64,000 nt of DNA from Mobula hypostoma (taxonomy: Eukaryota): NCBI RefSeq assembly GCF_963921235.1, contig NC_086109.1, positions 10,232,001 to 10,296,000 of the forward strand. The letters are read 5' to 3'. Under the pieces are notes generated by a model. It was not told where the DNA came from and ran no database searches. It was given only the letters and a program-made list of their open reading frames with translations. Below, one piece after another: positions 1 through 12,835 of this stretch. The stretch's first letter is position 1, and each line of letters opens with the position of its first letter. A program made the position numbers and the translations under genes.

Positions 1-2391
1 TTCTGCAGATGATGGAAATCCAGAGTATCACACACAAAGAGCTGGAGGAGCTCAGCCGGTTCTGTAGACGGGAGAATGGTCTCTGAACAAAACATCGGTT
101 GTTTATTTCCCTCCATTGGTGCTGCATGATCTGCTGAGTTCCTCCAGCGTTTCGTAAGTTATGCTAAGTTTTTATTAGTGGACTCTTCTAACCAGAAGCT
201 TTGTTTATACTGGAGAGATGTTGAAAATTATTAAACACTTGTGCAGGAACACTGCAGTTCCACGCCAAGACTGAAGTGGAAAAAGCGATCAAGGCAATAG
301 GTCTCAGGCTTCATGCTTGGAGTGAGGAAGGAAAAATATCAGCTGTTTGTACAGAGATTATCTTGTACAGTAAATCAAACAAGTGGAGCTTTATAAATAC
401 CAGCCTAAGGCCAGTTGGGTCAGGCTCTTATTGAGCTTGCAGGACATGCTGTCAGCAATTTATCTGCGTGACAGAATCCGCCATCAGTAATCAGTTGCTT
501 TCATGTAATTGTGCATTGTTCAGTGAACCCAGGAGAGTGAAGAGAATCACCTCCAATTGGATCTTACCAAGTATTGAAAGGTCTAGATCAGAGGTTCGAG
601 GTAAAGAAACTCCAAGCCAATGTGCAACTCCATTTTGCTGATTAAAACTTCCATTATTCGCTGATTAAAGTGAATAATGAGGTGACTGTGGAAGGTGAGC
701 GCAAACCGCCTGCCTTCTGTTCACTGAACCGGAGAAGGAGCCTGTGTAGCCATTCGCTGTGCCTGGAGGATAGGCCTCGGCGCCTCCCTCTCTTTCAATG
801 ATCTTGGAGGATGTTGCCGAGGTTCTGCTTTTATGGATTTGAACTATGGACTATGGAGTTTTTCAGTCTTACGGTTTTTATATTCTGTAATCTCTCCCAT
901 TCTTTCTCATTGCTTTTTGTGTGGGGGATGGGGATTTGGGGCCGATGTTCTTGTTACGTTTCATGCAGGGGGAGGGATGTTTTGGGGGGGGTCAATGGTC
1001 GTGTTGACCTTTTTTTCTGCGGGGGATGGGTCTGCTGGTTCTCTCTGAACTGACTTCCATGGTTTTTCTTTGTTTTGTTGCTAACTGGGGAAGAAGAATC
1101 TCAGAGTTGTATACTGCATACATACTTTGATAATAAATGAACCTTTGAACCTTTGAATCTGTGAAATTCATTACCATAGATGGTGGCGGCTGAATCATTG
1201 GATATACTTAACACGGAGGTTGATAGGTTGTTGTTTAGTAAGGGCATGCATCAAACGTTATGGGTTGAAGGCAGGATAATAAATCAACCATGATGGAATG
1301 GTGGAGCAGACTCAATGGGCTGACAGTCCTAATTCTGCTTCTAAGCCTTATGATCTAATTATGCTCCTGTGGCAGAACATAGTAATACCTGATGAATAAG
1401 CTTTGTGGAGTAGGGCAAAGAAGACAGGCTGTGTTAAACTGCCCTTCGATAGATGAAGCTGAGGTTCAAAGAGCTTTAAACAGAGTAAATGAGCCACAAC
1501 TTTTTCCAGTAGCCGATTGGTTGGTGGTAAAAATCCAGAGGTAGAAAATAATTGGCCAGAAATTCAGACACGCCAACTTGTTACAATCAGGGGTGCAAGA
1601 GCGGTGAACATGAGTTCAGGAATAAGTTTTAGTTGTCCACGTCATTGGTGGGGCCACACTTGGAGAACTGCGTCCACTTCTGATCACCCTGGTATAGAAA
1701 AGACGTGGTCAAACTGGAAAGGGAGCAGAAAATGCTTACGAGGATATTGCCAGGACTCGAGGAGCTGAGTTACAGGGAGAAGTTGGTCAGGATCGGTCTT
1801 CATTCCATGGAGAATGAGGGGTGACCTTATAGAAATGTTTAAAATGATGAGGCATGGATAATGTGGCTGGTAACTGACTTTTCCCCAGGGTAGTGGAATA
1901 TTAAACATGGGGGCATACATTAAGGGTGAGGGGGAAAGGCTTAAAGAGATATGAGGGGCAACCTTTTCACACAGAGGGTGGTGATTATATAGTATGAGCT
2001 GACGCAGGAACTGGTTGAGGCAGGTACAATAGTATCATTTAAGAAGCATATGGAGGGAGGGGTCTTAGGGGGATATAGGCTGAATGCAGGAAATCAGAAT
2101 CGGAATAAGGAAAGGGAGGATTTCTCCTTTCTGATAACAAGCTCCCCATCCCCACCCCTTCCTGTATTCCTCACTCTGACCGTTCACTTCTTCTCACCAG
2201 TTTATTACTTCCCCCTGGGTCCACTCCTCCTTCCCTTTCTCCCATTGTCCACTCTCCTCTCCAATCAGATTCCTTCCTCTCCAGCCCTTGACCTTTCCCC
2301 ACCCACCTGGCTTCACCTATCACCTTTCAGCTAGCCTCCTTCCCCTACCCCCCCATCACCTTTTTATTCTGGTATCTTCCCCCTTCCACCT

Positions 2392-2429
2392 CATTCCTGA
2401 AGAAGGGTCTCGGCCCGAAACGTCGACTG
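2392..2429 (+). ncRNA. Minimal hammerhead ribozyme in a PLE end (sense to PM20D1)
   Basis: CAUUC-CUGAAGA-AGGGUCUCGGCCC-GAAA-CG-UC-GACUG; core intact, one mismatch in helix I. Confidence 0.7.
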
Positions 2430-3359
2430 CTTACTCTTTTCCATAGATGCTGCCTGGCCTGCTGAGTTCTTCCGGCATTTTGTGTGTGCTGAATGAATGA
2501 GTTCAGCACAACATTGTAGGCCAAAGGGCTTGTTCCTGTACTGTCCTGCTTTATATTCTAAGGGACCTGTATTGTTTCTGCAGGCCTGCCTGATTCACTT
2601 GCTCTGTGAGTTCCAGTACTCTGACAGTGGCTCATTGTTCTTGTGGGAAAGCAGTTGACTTTTCCCCCAGCGGAGCAGTAAAGACCAAAGACAATGTAAT
2701 ACGCGACAGCATAGCACCACGCTCTCCAAGAGTATTAGGGCCCAAGAGGCTCCAGGAAGCTAAGAAACTTTGTTTTGCAAAGGTGAGAGAACTATTTGTG
2801 CAATATTTTAAAGAAAAAGAGCAATTTGCCCTGGTTGCTGAGAGAGCCATTCAAGGGCAGGATAAGGAATAACAGAGAAACCTTCCCTTACAGAGCAAAA
2901 ACAATTCAAGAGCATGGACTCAGCGTGGACAGAGTGGAATAAACAGGCTACGTTTCGGGCTGAGACCCTTGTCTTGGCACAAAATGTCCAGATTTCTGCA
3001 TCTGCAGAATCTGCATCAGTATAACCGTGCCCTCCAGCGCCCACAAACCATACTCACAGCGTAGCACCCAGAAGAAACCCACATGGTTCACGGGAGTAAT
3101 TTATGATCAAAGTATGTACATGTCACAATATACTACCTTGAGAATCATTTTCTTACAGGTTTTCACATGCAAAAAAAGAAATACAGTAGAACGACACAAA
3201 GAAAAACTATAGATGAGCATACACAGACTGACAATGTGCAACAGAAGACACTGCAAATGAAAAAATAATTTTGAGAATAATAAAGAGTTGTAAAACTTTG
3301 TTGAAAGCTCTTTACTGTACCCTTCCTTCTTGAACTTGTTTGGTCTGTTTTTACCCCAG

Positions 3360-3446
3360 GGAATTCTCCAAAGCTTGGAATTCCTTTTGGAACGAGGCTA
3401 CAAGCCGCATCGATCTTTTTATATTGGGTTAGGACACGATGAAGAG
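3360..3446 (+). CDS. PM20D1: PM20D1 internal coding exon (87 nt; equivalent to exon 4 of the human gene as I recall it)
   Basis: Acceptor ttaccccAG|GGA and donor GAG|GTGAGT. Encodes [29 protein letters not shown], including the M20 catalytic/metal-binding GHDEE motif. Phase 0-0. Confidence 0.95.
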
Positions 3447-4114
3447 GTGAGTCAGTTTTTGTTACCCTGGGTGTTTAAACTCCAAAGAGTGCAGAAAATA
3501 TTTGAGACATTGCTAGCTCCAGAGGGCCTGAGTTACTGTATAGGGTAAAATGGCCAGACTTTCAAGGCTTTTATTCTGTCAGTGAGTGTATTATTTTTTT
3601 TTGGGGGGTGGTGTTAGTAAAGATGTTCTCATGATTTTATTTCTAATTGCCTGGATATTGTACATGGTGGCAAAGTGATATTGCTTGCCAATGGCCTAAG
3701 ATTCTCTGTTGGAAGAATTACTGTGAAAGTTCAAGATATCTCTGGCAGCCTGCTGAAAGGGCTCCTCGTGTGATCTGAGCCACCAATGACAATGCAGGTT
3801 TCTTACACAGTCAACAAAGAAGAGAAAGGGGGGAAGGAAGCCTTGAAGCAGTGGAGTTGTTGATACAGCTCCAATAAAGTCGAGTTTATTGTCATGTGCA
3901 CAAGTACATGTAAGCACAGGTGCAATGAAAAACTCACCTGCAACAGCAGCACAGGCATATCAAATCATATAAGCAGCATTTGCAAGAAAAGCATGAATTA
4001 AACATAAATAATACCCAATTTTTAAATAAAACACAATTAAAGCATAAAAAGACCATTTTAGTGCAGAATGATTAAAGTGACCCCAGTGCTGCCAAACTGT
4101 AATGATTAGGAGCA

Positions 4115-4970
4115 ACACCACCTCACACAAAATGCTGGAGGTGCTCAGCAGGTCAGGCGGCATCTATGGAAAAGAGTAAACAGTGGACATTTCAGGCCAA
4201 GACTTGTCCTTAGGACTGAGAAGGAAGGGGGAAGATGCCAGGATAAAGAAGTGGAGGGAGGTGAAGGATAATAGCTGGAAGGATATAGGTGAAGCCAGGC
4301 AGACGGGAAAGGTCAAGGGCTGGAGAAGAAAGAATCTGATAGGAGAGGAGAGTGGACTACAGGAGATAGGGCAGGAGGAGGGGAGGGGATCCAGGGGGAA
4401 GTAATAGGCAGATGAGAAGAAGTGACAGGTCAGAGTGTGGAATGAAGGAATGGAATTTGGTCACTGAAAGGAGAAATTGATATTGATGCCATCAGATTGG
4501 AGGGTACCCAGACTGAATATAAGATGTTGTTCCTCCACCCTGAGGGTGGCCTCACCTTGGTACAAGAGGAGGCCATGGATCAATACATGGGAATGGGAAT
4601 TAAAATGCTTGGCCACTGGGAAACCCCGTTTGTGGCGGACGGTGCAGAGGTGCTCGACGAAGCGGTCCCCCCCAATTTACGGCAGGTCTCACCAATGTGG
4701 AGGAGGCCACATCAGGAGCACTAGACAAAGTAGATGACCCCAGCAGATTCACGGGTAAAGTGCTGCCGAACCAAGAAGGACCATTTGACTTAATGCTGAC
4801 TGGCTGGAGGGAAGTAGCTAATCATAAACTCAGGAGGTTCTGCAGATGCTGGAAACCCAGAGCATCATACATACACACCACAAAATGCTGGAGGAACTCA
4901 GCAGGTCAGGCAACATCTACGGAGAGGATAAAGAGTTGATGTTTATGGCTGAGACCCTTCATCAGGACTG
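4115..4970 (-). mobile_element. Older Penelope-like element fragments
   Basis: Contains atgctggaggtgctcagcaggtcaggc and gatgccatcagattggagggtacccagactgaatataag motifs shared with the other PLE copies. Further degraded copies lie near 2125-2490(+), 15935-16265(+), 25195-25510(+), 31560-32010(-), 34430-34820(+), 42590-43010, 61866-61968(+) and 62365-62700(-). Confidence 0.7.
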
Positions 4971-6695
4971 GAGACAAAGGGGAAGTAGCTAAAATAAGGT
5001 GGGCAGAGGGGAAGGAGGACATGCTGGCAGGTATAGAAGACTTGGATCTCACACCACCAGGTTCATGAACAATTAATACTCTTCAACCATCAGGCTGCAG
5101 AACCAGTGTGAGCACAACCTATGGATTCACTTTCAAGGACTCTACAACTCACATCCTCAATACTATTTATTTATCTATTTATGTCTCGTACTGTGCAAAA
5201 GTCTTCAGTGTGTGTGTATAGATAGAGAGATATAAATATATAAATATATATAAATATATATATAAAAAAAAAATTAGGGTGCCTAAGACTTGTGCACAGT
5301 ACTGTAGTAATTTTATGTATTGCACTGTACTGTGGCCAAATTTCATGACATATGTGGGTGATGATAATCTTGGTTCTGCTATGGGTCTCTGTTGTGGACT
5401 GAGAGTGGGAAGGGGGCAGGGAGAGGGGAGTCATGGTTGGGACAAGGGGAAGGGAGAGGGGGCAGAGAGCGGGAAGCACCAGAGAGACTTTCTGTAATGA
5501 TCAATAAACCAATTATTTGGAATCGAATGACTGTGCCTGGTGCCTGAGGGCTGGGTGTGTCTGCCCCTGAGCAATCCCCTGGCCCTGGCACCCCTTCTCT
5601 GCCACTTGTCCCACACCCCTCCCGTGACACTCCACACTCCCATTCCCGCCAGGTTTTAAAATTCACTCTCCACTCCTCGTTGACAAATATAGTACCGTGC
5701 AAAAGCCTTAGACAACTTAGCTATAGATGTGAGGGTGGTGAGTGTATGGGAAGAGCTGCCAGAGGAAGTGGCTGAGGCAGCTACAATAGAATCATTTAAG
5801 AAGGAACTGAATGGGTGCGTGGATGCCCAAGGTCATGCTGGGAGCAGCCCACAAGCATTGCCACACATCTGGTGCCAACATGAGCATGCCCACTACGTTT
5901 CACAGCGGCAGCAGCAACATCAAGACCACAGGCCCCTTTGCCATCCCTCCCACCCCTTCACACACCCAGACAGGCCTCCAACTCCGGAAGATGGGTGGAC
6001 AACCTGATCAGGATGGGCTGTACCTGTTTTATTCTATGGCCCTAAAAGGAATGGCCACAGATGGTGGAGGAATTGAAGATTCATTGACGCTGAGAGGCTG
6101 GAATTTGAAGAGTGAACATATCTAAGGAGTATAGGATTAGAGAGGAACTGTAAGACCATGAAGGGATTTGAAAGACAGGAGCATAGTTTAAATTGTAACG
6201 GTGCTCACCTAGGTGCCCGTATAGGTTAGCAGGCGCAGGTGAGAGTGGGAAAGGGGATAATATTTGTTTGGATGCCCTCAGTTTGTTGGATGAAAGCCAG
6301 CTAAGAGAGCGATGGAATAATGACGGTTTCCTGAGTGAAGGAATTCTGTGGGACTTTTACAAAAGGGGGATTTTTTCCAGTGTTCTGGCTGTCTGCACAG
6401 ATGTCAGGAAACCACAGATCATTTTTTAAATGATTAGATTTATTTGTTCACACAGTAATAGTGATTAAATTGGTAACATTGTTCATTAGGAACTTTGACA
6501 CCACATTTGCTGTAACTGGTTTTGACCATAAGATAAGTAGACTTGGGAGAAGAATTAGTCCATTTGGATCATCATGCCTGCATGCCATTCCATCATGGCT
6601 GATTTATTTTCCCTCTCAACCCCATTCCCCTGCCTTCTTCCCGTAACCTAATCAAGAAACTATCAACCTCTACTTTAAATATACCCAATAACTTG

Positions 6696-7003
6696 TGTTG
6701 GCGTGTGGCCAAGTGGTTAAGGCGTCGGTCTAGTGATCTGGAGGTCGCTAGTTTGAGCCTCAGCTGAGGCAGCGTGTGTGTCCTTGAGCAAGGCACTTAA
6801 CCACACCTTGCTCTGCGACGACACTGGTGCCAAGCTGTATGGGTCCTAGTGCCCTTCCCTTGGACAACATTGGTGGTGGCATTGAGAGGGGAGACTTGCA
6901 GCATGGGCAACTGCTGATCTTCCATACAACCTTGCCGTGGAAACCTTCCAAGGTGCAAAACCATGGTCTCACGAGACTAACGGATGCCTATATATATAAA
7001 AAA
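6696..7003 (+). mobile_element. tRNA-derived CORE-type SINE nested in CR1
   Basis: A box TGGCCAAGTGG, B-box-like GTTTGAGCC, CORE-like GTGTCCTTGAGCAAGGCACTTAACC, (TA)nAn tail, TSD aacttg. Confidence 0.72.
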
Positions 7004-7388
7004 AACTTGGCCTCTACAGCTATCTGTGGCAATGAATTCCACAGATTCACCACCCTCTGGCTAAAGAAATTTCTCCTTATCTCTGTTCCAGAGGGATATC
7101 CTTGTATTCTGAAGCTGCCCCACTATTAAAAACATCCTCTGCACCTGCACTCTACCTAGGCCTTTCAATGTTCAGTAAGTTTCAGTGAGATCCTCCCCAC
7201 TAATTCTGCTGAACTCCAGTGACTACAGGCCCAGAGCCATCAAAGGCTTCCCAAGCATTAACCCCTTTATCCCTGGGATGATTTTCATGAACGTGTGCTG
7301 GATCCTCTCTAATGCCAGCACGTCCCTTCTTAGACATGGGGCCCCAGAGCTGCACACCATACAATAAGTACAATGCTCACAATACAGA

Positions 7389-7545
7389 GGCAGCACAGTA
7401 GCATGGTGGTCAGCATAATGCCAGTACAATACCAGCTGTAAGATTGGGGTTCGATTCCGGCTGCTGTCTGTAGGCAGTTTGTGCATTGTCCCCATGACTG
7501 TGTGGGTTTCCTCCAGGTGCTCCAGTTTCCTCCCACATTCCAAGG
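7389..7545 (+). mobile_element. V-SINE (HE1-like) fragment
   Basis: tRNA-like head (GGTTCGATTCC) plus the V domain TGGGTTTCCTCCAGGTGCTCCAGTTTCCTCCCACA. Other copies lie near 10040-10160(-), 30860-31030, 33440-33590, 35505-35645, 37885-38003(-), 45260-45497(-) and 61290-61445. Confidence 0.72.
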
Positions 7546-8480
7546 TGTTGTAGGCCACGGGGAGAAGGCAGGAGAATGGGGTTGGGAGGGATAATAAGTC
7601 TGCCATGATGGGATGGCAGATCAGACTCATCAGGCCAATTGGCCTAATTCTGCTCTATGTCTTATGGTCTTATTCCAAGTACCTATGTTTAGGATTAGTG
7701 ACTTGTGAGCATGCCATGCTAGCACTGGAAGCATGGTGACACTTGTGGGATGCCCAGCACAGCTCTCGCTGATTTGATTTGACCCCTTTCATATATGTTC
7801 ATGTGAGAAATCATGCTAATCTTCATATATCTATATAAGTGGAGCCTGTCTGATTAAAAGGCTTAGAAAAGCTGCTCTTCAGAGAATTCTCCCTGCCTCT
7901 CCTTCCTTACTGTGCAGCACATGCAGAGCACTGTACAGCAAGGGCAACTCACCAAATCCACTGAGTCACCATCCCAGCTTAATAGAAATTGTATCTCACA
8001 TGATACCATCAAATAACCATGGAATTAGTGGTGCTCAGATCAATTCTGCTCACAAAATCTTCAATGAATGAGGCAGATTATTTCAACAACAATGAAGATT
8101 TAAGTGTGAGAAGTCCCAAAGGCTGTCAAAACAGCGACAGATCATGTTGTCTTACCCCACCCTCTCAGCAGGGAAAATGTTTAAATCCATCATGTTGCTG
8201 TCAAATGGAATTAATTTGTTTCTCTAAGCAAATAATTCTCTGCAGCAACTCCAGCATTAAACTTGAGAGGAATAAATACGACTGTTGCTATGGTAACACC
8301 ACACAGGACACTGCCATCTTAAAATCCAGTGCAAGGAATTATGGGCAAGATTAACAGGCATTGAAGCCTCAGGGAATTAGCTCACGATGGGACCTCATAA
8401 AAAGAGTTGAAAGATGTAAGTTAGGGACAGAAGCTGTTAAGGACATAAATGCATTGCCTTTCTTCTTTCCTGGCGTGCAG

Positions 8481-8614
8481 GTCGGAGGGAACAATGGCGC
8501 CAGGAACATTGCCGCGGTCCTGCAGTCCAGAGGAGTGAAGCTCGCCTACCTCCTGGATGAGGGTTCAGCCATCTTTGACAAAATCATACCTGGACTGGAG
8601 AAACGGGTTGCAAT
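8481..8614 (+). CDS. PM20D1: PM20D1 internal coding exon (134 nt; exon 5 equivalent)
   Basis: Acceptor gtgcAG|GTC and donor GCA AT|GTAGGT. Encodes VGGNNGARNIAAVLQSRGVKLAYLLDEGSAIFDKIIPGLEKRVA(M), including the DEG metal-ligand motif. Phase 0-2. Confidence 0.95.
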
Positions 8615-8688
8615 GTAGGTACCAGAGACCCTTGTGTGAGCAGAGACTTCAGCTGCCAACGCAGAATCATAGAGTTATTTCAGACCCA

Positions 8689-8942
8689 ACTGGTGGCGTA
8701 GTGGCATCAGTGCCAGACTTCAGGACAAAAGGTTCAGAGTTCGAATCCAGCCAGCTCCCCTGCATGCTTTCCATCCGTGCTGGGTTATGAACTGATGATC
8801 TCTTTGGAAACTCACCCAGCAGAAGGCAATGGCAAACCACTGCTGTAACTTGCCTCGTGTGGTTCCCCACTACGTCAGAGAGGCGTGGAGGGAAATCGTC
8901 CACTAACCGGAGAAACTCCGGATGCGATGTACCTTTCCTTTA
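8689..8942 (+). mobile_element. tRNA-derived SINE carrying an RTE/Bov-A-like motif
   Basis: A box TGGCGTAGTGG, B box GTTCGAATCC, internal AGAAGGCAATGGCAAACCAC, and a (cctt)n end. Confidence 0.62.
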
Positions 8943-10360
8943 TTCAGCAATAAAAAAAACAGGCTGAAGACAGAAAAAGAATCCAGACGCAGGAATCCAG
9001 AGCAACAAATAAGATTAAGCAGCATCTGTGGAGCAAAATGGGCAGTCAGCATTTCAGGTTGAACACCCTTCACCTGGACTGAAAGATAGAGGGGAGTTAC
9101 CTCATGTGCGTGTGAGTGAGTGGGAGGCTTGTTTTGTTGTTGTTGTTTTGTTGATGCTTGTTCTGTTCTACAGAATATTGTGGACAAGTTGGCACCAAAA
9201 TGAGTGGCAACACTTGCGGGCTGCCCCCGGCACATCCTTGGACTGTGTTTGTTGTGAATGCAAACGATGCATTTCGCTGTACGTTTCGATGTACATGTGA
9301 TAAGTAAATGAATCTGATTCTAAAAAAAAATGCAATCTTGGGGTCCAAGTCCATACCTCGCTGAAAGAGGCAACGCAAATAGCTGGTCTGATTTTTTTTA
9401 GAAAAGGCCTATGGTGGGGTTGTCTTACATGCCTTGTGAAACCTATTAAATACTGAAAGGCCTTGATAGAGTGGATGTGGAGAAAGTGTTTCCCATGGTG
9501 GGGGAAGTCTCGGACCAGAAGACACAATCTCAGAATAGAGCGACGTCCCATTAGAATAGAGATGAAGAGGAACTTCTTTAGCTAGAGGGTGGTGAATCTG
9601 TGGAATTCATTGCCACAGGCAGCTGTGAAGGGAGAGTCATTAGGTATATTTAAAGTTGGTAGGTGCATGATTAGCCAAGGTGTCAAAGGTTACGGGGAGA
9701 AGGCAGGAGAATGGTCTTAAGAGGAATAATAAATCAGCCTTGATGGAATGGCAGGTATAATCGATGGGCTGAATGGCCTAATTCTGCTCCTCTGTCTGAT
9801 GGTCTTACAGTCTTCTACATGTAGAATAAGTGTAAGGAGTTATTTATGGTTGTCTAAAATTATGGTTAGCCCACATAATACATGTGTCATCAGGGACCCC
9901 GACCACCTAGGACATGCTGTCTTCTCACTGCTGCCATTAGGAACAAGCCTCATATTGAGATATAGCATAGTAACAGGCCCTTCAGGCCCAATGAGGCTGC
10001 ACTGCCCAATTACACCCATTAATCTACTAATTTATATGTCTCTGGAATGGGGGAGGAAACTGAAACACTCGGAGAAAACCCACATGGTCAAGGGGTGAAC
10101 ATACAAACTCCTTACAGACAGCAGTGGAATTGAACCTGGGTCGTTGGCACTATAGTAGCATCAATCCTCAGACTCTGTTAGTTGTTGAGACAAAATTACA
10201 TGTTCCCCTGTATGTTTTAATATTTCCATTTACCTATGACAAAGAGAGCTAATCTAATCTCTTTAAGATGTTAGATAGGCGCATGAGTATGCAGGGCATG
10301 TCAAAGATAGAATCTGATAAGAGAGGAAAGTAGAACTTGGAACCAAATAGAAAGTTGGGG

Positions 10361-11432
10361 AGTGCAGATGGGAACAGTGGCGGGGAGGGGACCCAGTGGG
10401 AGGAGTGTGTGGGTGATGGACAGATGGGAACAGTGGTGGGGAGGGGACCCAGTGGGAGGAGTGTGTGGGTGATGGACAGATGGGAACAGTGGGGGGAAGG
10501 GACCCAGTGGGAGGAGTGTGTGGGTGATGGGCAGATCGGATCAGTGGGGGGAGGGGACCCAGTGGGAGGAGTGTGGGGGTGATGGACAGATGGGAACAGT
10601 GGGGGGGAGGGGACCCAGTGGGAGGAGTGTGTAGGTGATGGACAGATGGGAACAGTGGGGGGGAGGGGACCCAGTGGGAGGAGTGTGTAGGTGATGGACA
10701 GATGGGAACAGTGGGGGGAGGGGACCCAGTGGGAGGAGTGTGTGGGTGATGGACAGATGGGAACAGTGGGGGGGGGGAGGGGACCCAGTGGGGGTGATGG
10801 ACAGATGGGAACTGTAGAGGGGGGACCCAGTGGGAGGGGTGTGTGGGTGACGGACAGATGGGAGCAGTGGGGGGAGGGGACCCAATGGGAGGAGTGTGTG
10901 GGTGATGGACAGATGGGAACAGTGGGGGGGAGGGGACCCAGTGGGGGTGATGGACAGATGGGAACTGTAGAGGGGGGACCCAGTGGGAGGGGTGTGTGGG
11001 TGACGGACAGATGGGAGCAGTGGGGGGAGGGGACCCAATGGGAGGAGTGTGTAGGTGATGGACAGATGGGAACAGTAGAGGGGGGGGACCCAGTGGGAGG
11101 AGTGTGTGGGTGATGGACAGATGGGAACAGTGGGGGGAGGGGACCCAGTGGGAGGAGTGTGTGGGTGATGGACAGATGGGAACAGTGGGGGGGGAGGGGA
11201 CCCAGTGGGGGTGATGGACAGATGGGAACTGTAGAGGGGGGACCCAGTGGGAGGGGTGTGTGGGTGACGGACAGATGGGAGCAGTGGGGGGAGGGGACCC
11301 AATGGGAGGAGTGTGTAGGTGATGGACAGATGGGAACAGTAGGGGGAGTGGACACAGTGGGAGGGATGTGTGGGTGATGGACAGATGGGAACAGTGGAGG
11401 GAGGGGTCCCAGTGAGAGGAGTGTGTGGGTTC
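10361..11432. repeat. G-rich minisatellite, ~55-56 bp unit, about 20 copies
   Basis: Unit GGGACCCAGTGGGAGGAGTGTGTGGGTGATGGACAGATGGGAACAGTGGGGGGAG, with interspersed shorter (~42 bp) variant units. Confidence 0.95.
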
Positions 11433-11449
11433 TGGAGCATGATGGTATA

Positions 11450-12835
11450 AGTCCTAAGGCTCCTGTAGCTTGTTCCTAATTGCAGCAGTGAGAAGAGAGC
11501 ATGTCCTAGGTGGTAGGGGTCCCTGATGACACTTTCCTGCGATGATATTTTGTGTAGGTGTGCTCACTGGTGGAGAGGGCTTTGCCCGTGGTGGACCGGG
11601 CTGTGTCCACTACTTTTTTGAAGGATTTTCCCATTCAAGGACGTTGGAATTTCCATACTAGGCTGTGACACAGTCAATTTACTCTCCACCACACATCAAT
11701 GTAAGTTGGTCAAAGTTTTAGATGTCATGCCGAGCCTTTGCAAACTCCTAAGGAAGTCGAGGTGCTGCCGTGTTCTTTTCATAATTGCATCTGTGCTGGG
11801 CCCAGGATATGTCCTCTGAAATGGTAACACCGAAGAATTTAAAGTTGCCGACCCTCTCCACCTCTGATCCTCCGATGAGGACTGGCTCGTAAACCTCTGG
11901 TTTCCTCCTCCTGAGGTCAATAATCAGCTCCCTGCTCTTGCTGACATTGAGTGAGATGTTATTGTTGTGGCACCACTCAGCCAGATTTTCAATCTCCCTC
12001 CTATATGGTGATTCATCACCACCTTTGATTCGGCCTGTGACAGTGGTGCCGTCAGCAAACTTGCATATGGCATTGGAGCTGTGCTTAGCCACACAGTCGT
12101 AAATGTAAGGCGAGTAGAGCAGGGGCTAAGCACACAGCCCCTGATCGTGGAAGAATGTTGTTGCCAATAGAAACTGACTGTGGTCTGCAAATGAGGAAAT
12201 CGAGCATCCAATTGCACAAGGAGGCATTGAGGCCAAGGTCTTGGAGATTATTGATTAATTTTGAGTAGATGATAGTATTGAAAATTGAGCTTTAGTCAAC
12301 AAATAGCTTTCTGGTGTATGCACCTTTGCTGTCCAGCTGTGCCAGGGTTGAATAAAGAGCCAATGAGATGGCATCTGTTGCTCTTGTAGGCAAATTGGAG
12401 TGTTTCTAAGTTGCTTCTCAGGCAGGAGTTGATATGTTTCATCACCAAACTCTGAAAACACTTCATCACTGGATGATGGTCTTTGAGGCAGGTTACCATG
12501 TTGTTCTGAGGCACTGATGTAATTGAAGCCTGTGTGATGCAAACTGTTGAAGCAAAAAGTTAAAGATCTCAGTGAACTCTCCAGCCAGTTGATCAGCACA
12601 GGGTTTTAGCATTTGGCCGGGTACCCCATCTTGGCCAGATGCTTTGTATGGTTTCACCCTCTTGAAGGCTGCGTGTATATCAGCTTCAGAGACTGAAATC
12701 ACAGGATCATCAGGGCTTGTAGGGGTTTGTGATTGTTCCTCCATGCCTTGACGGTCAAAGTGAGCATAGGAAGCATTGAGCTCATCTGGAAACGAAGCCT
12801 TGTTGTCACCTGTGTTGCTTGATTTAACATTATAA
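11450..12835 (-). mobile_element. Older, degraded Rex1/Babar-like LINE RT region
   Basis: Frameshifted peptides: YKASGQDGVPGQMLKPCADQLAGEFTEIFN, MKCFQSLVMKHI...LQFAYKSNR, ICKFADGTTVTGRIKGGDESPYRREIENLAEWC. Confidence 0.75.

Noticed and set aside
2606..2872. 88-aa ORF in non-repetitive sequence as an extra exon or nested gene
   Set aside because: No recognisable homology, a GTG start, and no match to the expected upstream PM20D1 exon.
3330..3548. ORF-track extensions around PM20D1 exons (3330..3548, 8361..8618)
   Set aside because: Only the portions between canonical splice sites match PM20D1; the rest is intronic read-through.
6696..6775. tRNA gene
   Set aside because: It is the tRNA-like head of a SINE, continuing into a CORE-like body and tail with a TSD; no convincing cloverleaf.
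10361..11432. CRISPR-like array
   Set aside because: The units are contiguous tandem repeats without unique spacers, there are no cas genes, and the context is eukaryotic.
10249..11440. Long Pro/His/Ser-rich ORFs (368 aa, 299 aa)
   Set aside because: They are translations of the minisatellite, stop-free only because the repeat unit lacks stops in those frames.
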